Assembly (NCBI GenBank): GCA_903928275.1
Contig: CAIYQJ010000155.1
Coordinates: 1-58,601 of the forward strand
Length of the DNA: 58,601 nucleotides
Reading direction: 5' to 3'
Origin: an uncultured Chloroflexota bacterium
GTDB lineage: Bacteria; Chloroflexota; Limnocylindria; Limnocylindrales; CSP1-4
The position numbers were made by a program, and so were the translations under genes. The notes under the pieces were generated by a model that was given only the letters and a program-made list of their open reading frames with translations, did no database searches and had not been told where the DNA came from. Positions 8,844-17,776 of this stretch are shown in pieces (within the stretch, counting starts at the first letter, position 1; every line of letters begins with the position of its first letter).

Positions 8844-10328
8844 TCAGATGCCGGTCTCGGCCCCGATGCGGCCGGCCTTCACCGCCGCCGCCAGCTCGGC
8901 GTGGTCGCGCTCCGCCTGGTCGGCGTAGGACTCGGCGAAGTCGGCCATCGCCCGGCCGAAGACGTCGCCCTTCCCGAGGTAACCCGCGAGGACGAGGGGA
9001 TCGCCGGAGCGGGCGTGCGCCCGCGCCAGGGCGGCCGCGCAGCCGGCCGCGTACGCGCGGAGCTGCGGCGGCGACATGTCGGTGAGGGCGAACGAGCCCT
9101 TCATGTCGCGCAGCTGCCGCCAGTAGAACTCACGGCCACCCGGCCCGCGCGTCCACCCGAGGAAGATGTCGCTCTGGGACTGCATGATCCGCTGGCCGCT
9201 CACGACGCGCTCGCCATGCGTCCGGAACCTGCTCCTGGGGAGGTGCGCTGAGAGCACGGAGAACTGCGCCTCCTTGACCTGGAGGAGCAGCGGATCCGAC
9301 CCGTCCGCGGCGTCGAGCAGCGCCACGAAGCAGCGCGTGCCCACGCTCCCCACGCCCACGACCTTGAGCGCCACGTCCACGGCGTGGTACCGGCCGAGCA
9401 GCTCCTTCCGGTCGCTCACGAGCGTGCGGCGGTACTGGGCGAGCTGCAGCGCGGCGTCATCGAGCGAGGCAAGGTCCGGCCGATGGGTCATGAGCGGCGG
9501 CTGCTCGCGGAGCGCCGACCTGCCGTCGATCGTCGTCACCATGCGGTCGATCGCGGCGATGCCGTCGTGGTGGACGGCGGAGCTCTCGACCTGCTGGAGC
9601 ATCCGCGACACGGAACCACGTGCGTACGACTCGAGCATCGCGTAGTCCAGGCGCGCATACCAGACGCGCAGCGTCTCGAGCTGCGCGAGGGCCCGAACGA
9701 CGTCGCGGTAGATGGCCGTGGCGTTGAGGACCGCATCGCGAGTCACGTCCGGGCGGTGCCCGCGCGTCCTGCCCACGACGACGATGCTCGCGACGAGCCG
9801 CTTCACGTCCCACTCGAACGGCCCCGGGAGCGTCTCGTCGAAGTCATTGACATCGAACAGCAGGTCGCGCTCGGGCGACGCGTAGAAGCCGAAGTTGGAG
9901 ACGTGCGCATCTCCGGCGAGCTGGACGATCGCCTGCGTGCGCGGCGTGGTCGCGAGGTCGGACGCCATGACGTTCGCGGAGCCGCGGAAGAACCCGAATG
10001 GCGACGCGAGCATCCGGCCGTACCGGATCGGCAGCAGGTCGGTGATCCGGCTCTTGCCCTGCTCCTCGAGCTGGGCGATCGGGTCGGGGCGGTCCGGCGC
10101 AGGCTTCCACGCCGCGTGCGACTCGCGCGGGACAGCGTCCCGCATCTCCCGGCCCCGGTCATACCGGGCGGCGCGGGCCTTGTCGGACCGGAAGGCGAGG
10201 ATCCGCGGTGCCTCCTGGTCGGCCAGGCTGCCGATGAGTCGGGCATGGGTCGGGCGGGACGCGGCGGGGCGTGCCGGGGCCGAGGGTGACGCACTCGGGC
10301 GAGGAGGTGTCGGGCGAGAAGCAGGCAT
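8844..10328 (-). CDS. DUF2252-family protein
   Basis: The segments LLPIRYGRMLASPFGFFRGSA, GDAHVSNFG and DVNDFDETLPGPFEWDVKRL are characteristic of DUF2252. The N-terminal ~25 aa are Pro/Ala-rich, so the true start may be internal. Confidence 0.75.
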   Translation of the reverse strand: MPASRPTPPRPSASPSAPARPAASRPTHARLIGSLADQEAPRILAFRSDKARAARYDRGREMRDAVPRESHAAWKPAPDRPDPIAQLEEQGKSRITDLLPIRYGRMLASPFGFFRGSANVMASDLATTPRTQAIVQLAGDAHVSNFGFYASPERDLLFDVNDFDETLPGPFEWDVKRLVASIVVVGRTRGHRPDVTRDAVLNATAIYRDVVRALAQLETLRVWYARLDYAMLESYARGSVSRMLQQVESSAVHHDGIAAIDRMVTTIDGRSALREQPPLMTHRPDLASLDDAALQLAQYRRTLVSDRKELLGRYHAVDVALKVVGVGSVGTRCFVALLDAADGSDPLLLQVKEAQFSVLSAHLPRSRFRTHGERVVSGQRIMQSQSDIFLGWTRGPGGREFYWRQLRDMKGSFALTDMSPPQLRAYAAGCAAALARAHARSGDPLVLAGYLGKGDVFGRAMADFAESYADQAERDHAELAAAVKAGRIGAETGI

Positions 10329-10526
10329 GACCGAACGATAGCGGACGGCGCGGGCGGCCGACAGGCGCCCCGCGGGGCGGTCGTCGTGGGCGGCGGGGAC
10401 GGCCGTCGGGAGGAGCGGCGGAGGCGGCGACCGACCAGACGCGGTAGCGTGGCAGACGCGCTGGCGGCCCGTCCGAGAAGGGCGGCGGCGCGGCTCACGA
10501 CGTCACGGGAGGTGAGGGACGGGCTC

Positions 10527-11030
10527 ATGGGATCGCCGTACGCCGCGCCCGATACGGCACGCATCCGCGTCCTCGCGTGCGGCGAACCCGAACGGGGCGA
10601 CGACGCGGTCGCGCTCGCGGCGGTCGCGGCCCTGCCGGAGGCGATCCTCGGGCGCGTCGAGATCGTGAGGTGCGGCCAGCTCGAGGTGGACCACCTGCTC
10701 GACGTGCCGGAGGGTGCCCCATGCATCGTCCTCGACGCCGCGGTGGGCGTCGCACCGGGCGAGGTCGTCACGCTGTCGCTCGCGGACGTCGCCGCGCGGT
10801 CCGGCGGCGGCGCGCCGCGCTCGTCCCACACGCTGCGCCCCGACCAGGTGATCGCGCTCGCTGCCGCGCTGCGCGGCGCGCCGCCGGAGGGCGTGTTCGT
10901 GGGGATCGGCGGCGCGGCGTTCGAGCTGCGGACGGGCCTGTCACCGGCCGTGCGGGCCGGGCTCCCGCGGCTGGTGGAGCGCCTCGTCGCGGAGATCGAA
11001 CGGCTCGCACCCGGGTCGCCGGGCCGGTAG
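10527..11030 (+). CDS. [NiFe]-hydrogenase maturation endopeptidase (HyaD/HycI family)
   Basis: It has the VLACGEPERGDDAV motif and a later SSHTL His motif, and is about 167 aa. ATG 10527 is preceded by GGGAGGTGAGG. Confidence 0.8.
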   Translation: MGSPYAAPDTARIRVLACGEPERGDDAVALAAVAALPEAILGRVEIVRCGQLEVDHLLDVPEGAPCIVLDAAVGVAPGEVVTLSLADVAARSGGGAPRSSHTLRPDQVIALAAALRGAPPEGVFVGIGGAAFELRTGLSPAVRAGLPRLVERLVAEIERLAPGSPGR

Positions 11031-11159
11031 GGTCACCGGCGGCCACATCGGCGCGGCGGGTCGGGCGAACGGGTCGGGCGGCCTACGCGTCCGTGGTGCT
11101 GCGACTGCGTGCGCGCGAGCGTGGGCGGACCGTCGACGTCTCGGGCGGTCCTGTCACCC

Positions 11160-11558
11160 TCAGGAAGCCGGCGTGACCGGCGCGAGCCCCGCACCCGCGA
11201 GATCGGCGTCGTAGGCGAACGCACGCCCGATCCCGAGGCGCGCCGCGAAGAGGAGCGTCACGCGGTCCACGAGGCTGGTCCCACCCCCGACTCGCCGGAG
11301 GTCCCCGAGGGCCGCGTCGTGCAGCGGCCGATCGACCATCTCGACGCGGATCGCGGGCAGCAGCTCGTCCACGAGCGCGGCGACGGCGTCCGCGCAGAGT
11401 CGGGATCGGACGAGCGCCGCGCTCTCGATCACGACGTACGTGTGGGCCACCAGATCCTCGTCGTCCGGGTTCGTCCAGAAGGCGACCGCCTCCGCGTGGT
11501 GCGCGTCTCGGCGATCGAGCAGGGCGAAGAGCGCGCTCGTGTCCACGACGACGCTCAC
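11160..11558 (-). CDS. vapC: PIN-domain toxin (VapC family)
   Basis: The N-terminus is MSVVVDTSALFALL and acidic residues are spaced as in PIN domains. It overlaps the upstream small RHH gene by 4 bp. Confidence 0.85.
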   Translation of the reverse strand: MSVVVDTSALFALLDRRDAHHAEAVAFWTNPDDEDLVAHTYVVIESAALVRSRLCADAVAALVDELLPAIRVEMVDRPLHDAALGDLRRVGGGTSLVDRVTLLFAARLGIGRAFAYDADLAGAGLAPVTPAS

Positions 11559-11797
11559 CAGGTGACCTCGCCGAGGAGCTCGTCGTGGCGCTCGGAGATG
11601 TCACTCCGCCCGGAATCGAACGACCCGAGCACGATGAGTGACCGGCGCCGGGCTGCCCGACGCGCCTCGAGCTCATCCGGGAACGTGGCGTCCACCGCCT
11701 GGCGCACGAGCGAGCCCACGCTGACGTGCCGGCGCGCGGCCTCGCGGGCCAGGCGCGCGTGCTGGGAATCGGTCAGGCCGATCGGGATGCGTCGCAC
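11555..11797 (-). CDS. vapB: Ribbon-helix-helix antitoxin (VapB/CopG-like)
   Basis: It is 80 aa, and IPIGLTDSQHARLAREAARRHVSVGSLVRQAV is a typical RHH fold sequence. It has a GTG start and is coupled to vapC. Confidence 0.8.
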   Translation of the reverse strand: MRRIPIGLTDSQHARLAREAARRHVSVGSLVRQAVDATFPDELEARRAARRRSLIVLGSFDSGRSDISERHDELLGEVTW

Positions 11798-11804
11798 GGC
11801 AAGA

Positions 11805-11833
11805 CGATATCACATGGGACACTCTCGATATCA
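11805..11833. promoter_or_regulatory. Putative VapB operator: two CGATATCA direct repeats (each containing the GATATC palindrome) spaced 21 bp
   Basis: The copies lie at 11805-11812 and 11826-11833, immediately upstream of the vapB GTG, in a local low-GC patch. Confidence 0.4.
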
Positions 11834-11996
11834 GCCTGGTCTCGACGGCAGGGGTCGAGCGTACGCGTCCTCGATCGCCTGGCAACCATCGGGCGACCAC
11901 CCCGGGATGACCCGCGCCTGTCCGGGCCATCGGACCCGGCGGGCGGCATCGTTCGGCCCTCGCGGCGGGAGACGCGCGGCTCGTAGCCTCCGCGCC

Positions 11997-12479
11997 ATGG
12001 GAGACACGGCGGCGCTCGTCGCGGCGCTCAACGCGACATGGTTCGGATCAGGACTGCCTCCGGCCGCGCAGACGCGCCTCGCGGAGCTCGCCCACGAGGA
12101 GGAGTATCCCGGTGGCACGGTCCTCCTGACGGAGGGCGAGGTCGCCGAGGACGTGGGCATCGTCCTCAAGGGACGCATCGCGCTCCGGACGCTCGTCCCC
12201 GAGCGCGGCATGGTCACGATCCTCACGATCGAGCCCGGCGACATCTGGGGCTGGTCCGCCATCGTGCCGCCATTCCGCGGCACATCCACCGTGGTGACGA
12301 TCGAGCCCACGACGTCCGTCGTCTTCGAGGGCGCGGCATTGCGCATCGCGCTCCGCGAGGACAGCGTGCTCGCATCGGCCATCTACCCGCGGATCCTCGT
12401 GGCGGTCTCGCGCCGCCTCGCGGCTTCGCGGCTCCAGCTCCTCGACCTCTTCGCGCACGACGCGACGGCCGGGGCCTGA
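11997..12479 (+). CDS. Cyclic-nucleotide-binding-domain-only protein
   Basis: The 160-aa protein shows the beta-barrel pattern typical of cNMP-binding domains (GGTVLLTEGEVAEDVGIVLKGRIAL...GDIWGWSA...). No HTH or other output domain is present. It is the first gene of the hydrogenase operon. Confidence 0.7.
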   Translation: MGDTAALVAALNATWFGSGLPPAAQTRLAELAHEEEYPGGTVLLTEGEVAEDVGIVLKGRIALRTLVPERGMVTILTIEPGDIWGWSAIVPPFRGTSTVVTIEPTTSVVFEGAALRIALREDSVLASAIYPRILVAVSRRLAASRLQLLDLFAHDATAGA

Positions 12480-12499
12480 CCGCGGCCGGAGGTCATCCC

Positions 12500-14497
12500 G
12501 TGATCACAGCCGAGCTCACGCGTCCCGAGCGCACGACCACGGCGGGCCGGTGGTATCTCGAACGGTCCGGCCTCGAGACGCTCGTCGCTGCGCTCCGCGC
12601 CGACGGGCGCACGGTCATCGGGCCCACCGTCGCGGACGGGGCCATCGTGTACGACGAGATCCGCGCGTCGTCGGACCTGCCGCACGGCGTCGGCGACGTC
12701 CAGGCTGCCGGCAAGTACCGTCTGACCACCCGGGAAGACGCTCGCGCCTTCGGGTACGTCGTGGGTCCCACGAGCTGGAAGCGCTGGGTCTTTCCCCCGC
12801 TCGTCGAGCTGAACACGGGGATGCGCGCCGGCCACCGCGTGGAGTTCACGCCCACGCGGCCGGACCCCACGCGGCTCGCGTTCATCGGCGTGCGCGCGTG
12901 CGAGATCGCCGCGTTCGACGCCCAGGACCGCGTCCTCGACTCGGGCCATTTCCGCGATGCCGACTACGCTGCGCGCCGGAAGGCGGCGTTCATCGTCGCC
13001 GTCCAGTGCACCACGGCCGAGTCCACCTGCTTCTGCACGTCGATGGGCACGGGTCCGGAGGTCGAGCACGGGTTCGACCTGGCGCTCACCGAGCTCGACG
13101 ACGGGTTCCTCGTCGACGTCGGGTCGCCGGCCGGGTTGGAGCTCGTCCAGGGCGCGCTGGCCGGTTCCATGCGACCGGCGACGCCCGTCGAGGTCTACAC
13201 GGCAGCCGCGGATGTCGCCGCGACGCGTGCGCGCATCGGCGACCCGCTGCCGGCCGCCGGCCTCCACGACCGGCTGCTGGCGCAGCTCGATCACCCACGC
13301 TGGGCCCAGGTCGCGGAGCGCTGCATCACCTGCGGCAACTGCACGCTGGCATGCCCCACGTGCTTCTGCACGAGCGTGATCCAGACGACGGACATCGAGG
13401 GGAACGCGGCGACGAACGAGCGGGCCTGGGACAGCTGCTTCAGCCCGGGGTTCGCGCGCGTCGCCGGCGGCTCGTTCCGGACTCGTCCCCGCGACCGCTA
13501 CCGGCAGTGGCTCACGCACAAGTTCGGCACGTGGTGGGACCAGTTCGGAACCAGCGGCTGCACCGGCTGCGGGCGGTGCATCACGTGGTGCCCGGTGGGC
13601 ATCGACGTGCGCGAGGAGCTCATGGCGATCGCGCCGCCCGTCGCGCTCTCGCCCGAGCCCGCGCGCGTGGAGCCGGTGGCCGCGAGCTTCGACGACTTCG
13701 TCGTGGCGCAGGTCGTCGGTACACGCCAGGAGACCGCCGACACGGTCACGCTCACGCTCTCGGGCGCCGACCCTGCCTTCTCCAAGGGCAGCCTAGGCCA
13801 GTTCGCGATGGTCGCCATCCCGGGCTTCCCGCCGCTGCCCATCTCGATCAGCCGGTTCACGGTCGACGGCATCGAGCTCACGATCCGCGGAGCGGGTCCC
13901 GCCACCAAGGCGATGTGTGCGCTGAAGATCGGCGACCAGCTCGGCCTGCGCGGACCGCTGGGCAACAACTGGCCGCTCGACCGCGCCGTGGGGCGCGACC
14001 TCGTCATCGTCACCGGCGGCATCGGCCTCGCACCTCTCCGGCCGGTCATCCACGCCCTGGCCGCGGATCGCCGCCGGTTCGGCGACGTTCGCCTCTACTA
14101 CGGGGCGCGCACGCCAGCGGACATCCTGTACCACGAGGAGATGCGTGCCTGGGCGTCGCGCGGCGGCATCGAGGTGAACCTCACCGTGGACCGCGCCGGG
14201 CCCGAGTGGGACGGCAACGTGGGCGTCGTCACCCAGCTCTTCGACCACGCGACGTGGGAGGGCGCGAACGTGGTGGCGTTCGTCTGCGGTCCCGAGCGGA
14301 TGATGCAGGCGACCGCGAACACGCTCGCTGGCCGCGGGGTCACCAACTCCCGCATCTTCGTCACGCTCGAGCGGCACATGGAGTGCGGCATCGGCCTCTG
14401 CGGGCACTGCCAGATGGGCAAGTACTTCGTCTGCCGGGACGGCCCCGTCTTCTCGCTCGCGCAGCTCGGCGACATCTTCGGCCGGGAGGGCATCTGA
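12500..14497 (+). CDS. Fused hydrogenase beta-gamma electron-transfer subunit (4Fe-4S dicluster module plus FNR-like FAD/NAD(P) domain with a C-terminal 2Fe-2S site)
   Basis: The N-terminal half has the CTTAESTCFCTSMG and CITCGNCTLACPTCFC cysteine motifs. The C-terminal half is an FNR-like fold ending in CGIGLCGHCQMGKYFVCRDGPVF. GTG 12500 is preceded by GGAGG. It is one uninterrupted frame. Confidence 0.8.
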   Translation: MITAELTRPERTTTAGRWYLERSGLETLVAALRADGRTVIGPTVADGAIVYDEIRASSDLPHGVGDVQAAGKYRLTTREDARAFGYVVGPTSWKRWVFPPLVELNTGMRAGHRVEFTPTRPDPTRLAFIGVRACEIAAFDAQDRVLDSGHFRDADYAARRKAAFIVAVQCTTAESTCFCTSMGTGPEVEHGFDLALTELDDGFLVDVGSPAGLELVQGALAGSMRPATPVEVYTAAADVAATRARIGDPLPAAGLHDRLLAQLDHPRWAQVAERCITCGNCTLACPTCFCTSVIQTTDIEGNAATNERAWDSCFSPGFARVAGGSFRTRPRDRYRQWLTHKFGTWWDQFGTSGCTGCGRCITWCPVGIDVREELMAIAPPVALSPEPARVEPVAASFDDFVVAQVVGTRQETADTVTLTLSGADPAFSKGSLGQFAMVAIPGFPPLPISISRFTVDGIELTIRGAGPATKAMCALKIGDQLGLRGPLGNNWPLDRAVGRDLVIVTGGIGLAPLRPVIHALAADRRRFGDVRLYYGARTPADILYHEEMRAWASRGGIEVNLTVDRAGPEWDGNVGVVTQLFDHATWEGANVVAFVCGPERMMQATANTLAGRGVTNSRIFVTLERHMECGIGLCGHCQMGKYFVCRDGPVFSLAQLGDIFGREGI

Positions 14498-15453
14498 TGG
14501 CTCCCGAGATCACCGCTTCCGTGGAGCACGGCCGCACCGGCCACGGCGGCTCGCCGCATCCACGCGTCGGCGTCGTGAAGTTCGCGTCGTGCGACGGGTG
14601 CCAGCTCACGATCCTGGACCTCGAAGACCGGCTCCTGGAGATCACGGAGCACTTCGAGATCATCGACTTCCCGGAGGCGAGCTCATCCCGGTCGAGCGGC
14701 CCGTTCGACGTCCTCTTCATCGAGGGCTCCGTGAGCACGCCCGACCATCTCCGCCGCATCGGGGAGCTGCGCAAGCAGACGCGCGTCCTCGCCACGATCG
14801 GCGCGTGCGCCACGTCCGGCGGGATCCAGGCGCTGCGCAACTGGGCGGACCACGACGCGTACCGGTCGGCGGTCTACCCGAGGCCGGAGTTCGTCGAGTC
14901 GCTCGCCCGCTCCACGCCGATCTCGGAGCACGTGCCGGTCGACTTCGAGCTCCGCGGCTGCCCGATCAGTCCCGACCAGCTCGTCGAGCTGCTCACCGCG
15001 CTCGCCACCGGCCGCCGGCCGCAACTCCGCGACGAGGCGGTGTGCATGGAGTGCAAGCGCCGCGGGGTCGTCTGCGTCATGAGCGCCCAGGGGATGCCGT
15101 GTCTGGGCCAGGTCACGCAGACCGGCTGCGGCGCCATCTGCCCGCGGATGGGCCGCGGGTGCTACGGATGCTTCGGCCCGCGCGAGCAGGCGAACGCCGC
15201 TGGGCTCGCGCGCTACCTGCAGGCGTCGGGCGATCGGTCCGCGGAGGACGTGGGCCAGCTCTTCGCCGGCTTCACCGCGTACGCGGAGCCGTTCCGCAGC
15301 ACGATCACCGACCTCGGCGGGACGCGCGGCGCACGCAGGTCGGGCGGCGGAGGCGGCGGAGCGGCCGGGCGGGGTGGCCCCGGCGCCGCCGGAAGAGCCT
15401 CGTATCTCCCGGCCAAGCCGCGGATGGAGGGCTTCGACGATGACGGCCACTGA
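14497..15453 (+). CDS. hyhS: [NiFe]-hydrogenase small (delta) subunit, cytosolic type (no Tat signal)
   Basis: Motifs are KFASCDGCQ, GACATSGGIQ and CMECKRRGVVC...CLGQVTQTGCGAICP. Its ATG overlaps the upstream TGA by 1 nt. There is a Gly-rich C-terminal tail. Confidence 0.85.
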   Translation: MAPEITASVEHGRTGHGGSPHPRVGVVKFASCDGCQLTILDLEDRLLEITEHFEIIDFPEASSSRSSGPFDVLFIEGSVSTPDHLRRIGELRKQTRVLATIGACATSGGIQALRNWADHDAYRSAVYPRPEFVESLARSTPISEHVPVDFELRGCPISPDQLVELLTALATGRRPQLRDEAVCMECKRRGVVCVMSAQGMPCLGQVTQTGCGAICPRMGRGCYGCFGPREQANAAGLARYLQASGDRSAEDVGQLFAGFTAYAEPFRSTITDLGGTRGARRSGGGGGGAAGRGGPGAAGRASYLPAKPRMEGFDDDGH

Positions 15454-16753
15454 GACCGCCACCAGCGAGCGCGTCTACGAGGTCGACGAGCTCACGCGGG
15501 TCGAGGGCGAGGGATCGCTCGTCCTCCGCGTCCACAAGGGCAAGGTCACCGAAGCCCGCCTGAGGATCTGGGAGGCCCCACGGTACTTCGAGCAGCTCGT
15601 CGTGGAGCGCACGCCCGACGAGGTCATCGACATCGTCGCCCGCATCTGCGGGATCTGCCCGGTCGCCTACCAGATGAGCGCCGTGCACGCGTTCGAGGAC
15701 CTCTTCGGCATCGCGGTCGACCCCGAGGTCCGGACGCTCCGCCGGCTCCTCTACTGCGGCGAGTGGATCGAGAGCCACGCGCTCCACATCTACCTGCTGC
15801 ACCTGCCCGACTTCCTCGGCTACGAGTCGGCGATCGCGCTCGCGCACGACGACAGGCCGGCCGTCGAGCGCGGCCTGCGGATGAAGAAGGCCGGCAACGA
15901 GATCCTCGCGACGCTCGGCGGCCGCCCCATCCACCCGGTGAGCGTCCGCGTGGGCGGCTTCTCGCGGACTCCGCGCCGGAGCGACCTCGAACACCTGCGG
16001 GCGCCACTCGCGGCCGCGCTCGAGGACGCGAGGGAGACGGTCCGGCTCGTCCGCGGTCTCACCGCGCCCGATTTCGAACGCGAGCCTCGGATGGTCGCGC
16101 TCCACCATCCCGACGAGTACCCGTACAACCGCGGGCACATCCAGAGCACGGACGGACTCGACCTCCGGCCATCGGACTGGGACCGCGCCTTCCGCGAGGT
16201 GCAGATGGAGGGCTCCATGGCCCTCCACGCCCGGACGAAGGAAGGCGCCACGTACCTGCTCGGGCCGGCGTCGCGGATCGTCCTCGACGGGGCGCAGCTC
16301 CACCCGGTCGCGCGCGAGCTCCTCGCCGAGACCGGGATGGCCGACGCGATCCGGACGAACATCTACTGGAGCATCCTCGCCCGCGCCATCGAGCTCGTGC
16401 ACGCGATCGCGGAGGCCATCGACATCATCGACGCGTATCGGCCGCCGATCGAGGCGCGCGTCGCATGGGCGTCGCGACCGGGAGTCGCAGCCTGGTCGAC
16501 GGAGGCACCGCGCGGCCTCCTGTTCCATCGGTACGAGGTGGACGAGCGCGGCCGGATCACGGCTGCCCAGATCGTGCCGCCGACGAGCCAGAACCAGGGT
16601 GCGATCGAGGACGACCTGCGGCTGTTCGCGCCAAGCGTGCTCGACCTGCCCGACGCCGAGGCCACCCTGCGGCTGGAACAGCTGATCCGGAGCTACGACC
16701 CGTGCATCAGCTGCGCCACGCATTTCCTCGACGTCCGGATCCTGCGCGACTGA
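15440..16753 (+). CDS. hyhL: [NiFe]-hydrogenase large (alpha) subunit, short group-3b-like form
   Basis: The N-terminal RVEGEG and RICGICPVAY motifs and the C-terminal DPCISCATH Ni-binding motif are present. It is about 437 aa. The start overlaps the small-subunit 3' end by 14 nt. Confidence 0.9.
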   Translation: MTATETATSERVYEVDELTRVEGEGSLVLRVHKGKVTEARLRIWEAPRYFEQLVVERTPDEVIDIVARICGICPVAYQMSAVHAFEDLFGIAVDPEVRTLRRLLYCGEWIESHALHIYLLHLPDFLGYESAIALAHDDRPAVERGLRMKKAGNEILATLGGRPIHPVSVRVGGFSRTPRRSDLEHLRAPLAAALEDARETVRLVRGLTAPDFEREPRMVALHHPDEYPYNRGHIQSTDGLDLRPSDWDRAFREVQMEGSMALHARTKEGATYLLGPASRIVLDGAQLHPVARELLAETGMADAIRTNIYWSILARAIELVHAIAEAIDIIDAYRPPIEARVAWASRPGVAAWSTEAPRGLLFHRYEVDERGRITAAQIVPPTSQNQGAIEDDLRLFAPSVLDLPDAEATLRLEQLIRSYDPCISCATHFLDVRILRD

Positions 16754-16762
16754 CGGCCGGCA

Positions 16763-17767
16763 TCAGTCCACCACGAGGACCGCGGCCCCCTCGATCCGCC
16801 CTGCCTTCAGCGCGGCGAGCGCCTCTCCCGCGGAGGCGAGCGGGAAGCGGGTGACGGTCGTCCGGATCGGGATCGAGGCGGCGAGGTCGAGAAGCTCCAC
16901 CGCGTCCCGGCGCGTAGAGTTGGCGACGGACCGGATCGTGCGCTCCCACCAGAGCAGGTCGTAGTCGAAGGACGGGATCCGGTCGAGGTGGATCGCGTTG
17001 ATCGCGACGGTCCCGCCCCGATCCACCGCGCGGAGCGCCGCCACCACGACGGCGCCCGACGGCGCGAACGTGATCGCCGCGTCGAGGGGATGCGGTGGCA
17101 TCTCGTCGTAGCCACCGACGGACGCGGCCCCCAGGGCGAGGGCGCGGTCGCGCTCCCGTGGCGCGCGGGTGGCGACGTGGACCTCGCATCCCCAGTGGCG
17201 CGCGACCTGGATCGCGATGAGCGCGGAGGCCCCGAAGCCATAGAGGCCGAGCCGTCCGCCGGGCGCGATCCCCGACACGCGCAGCGACCTGTAGCCGATG
17301 ACGCCGCCGCAGAGGAGCGGCGCCGCGTCCAGGTCGTCGAAGGCGGCCGGCAGCCGCAGCGCGGCCGACGCGCGGATCGCGATCGAGTCCGCGAACCCGC
17401 CGTCGCGGTCCCAGCCCGTGAACGTGGCCTGCTCGCAGAGGTTCTCGCGGCCTGCGACGCAGTGGCCACACGCGCCGCACGTGCCGGCGAGCCACCCGAC
17501 GCCCGCGCGGTCGCCGATGGCCCACCCGGCGACGTCGTCGCCCACCGCCGTGACGCGGCCCACAGGCTGGTGGCCGGGAACGATCGGGAGTCGGCGAGAC
17601 GGGATGTCGCCCTCGACGATCTGCAGGTCGGTCCGGCAGACACCGCAGGCGGTGACGCGGACCACGATCTCGTCGGGACCGGGGGTCGGTTCGGGCAGGT
17701 CGACGAGCCGGAGCGGTGCCGCCCCGTCGTCGACGGGTCCGGGGCGGTCGAGGACGATCGCGCGCAC
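16763..17767 (-). CDS. Zinc-dependent alcohol dehydrogenase family (MDR) oxidoreductase
   Basis: It has CGVCRTDLQIVEG, GHQPVG, the structural-Zn cysteines CGACGHCVAGRENLC and the GFGASA nucleotide fold. Confidence 0.85.
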   Translation of the reverse strand: MRAIVLDRPGPVDDGAAPLRLVDLPEPTPGPDEIVVRVTACGVCRTDLQIVEGDIPSRRLPIVPGHQPVGRVTAVGDDVAGWAIGDRAGVGWLAGTCGACGHCVAGRENLCEQATFTGWDRDGGFADSIAIRASAALRLPAAFDDLDAAPLLCGGVIGYRSLRVSGIAPGGRLGLYGFGASALIAIQVARHWGCEVHVATRAPRERDRALALGAASVGGYDEMPPHPLDAAITFAPSGAVVVAALRAVDRGGTVAINAIHLDRIPSFDYDLLWWERTIRSVANSTRRDAVELLDLAASIPIRTTVTRFPLASAGEALAALKAGRIEGAAVLVVD

Positions 17768-17776
17768 TCGAGGACC

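Noticed and set aside
15440-16753. Selenocysteine-containing ([NiFeSe]) large subunit
   Set aside because: The C-terminal motif reads DPCISCATH with ordinary Cys codons, and there is no in-frame TGA.
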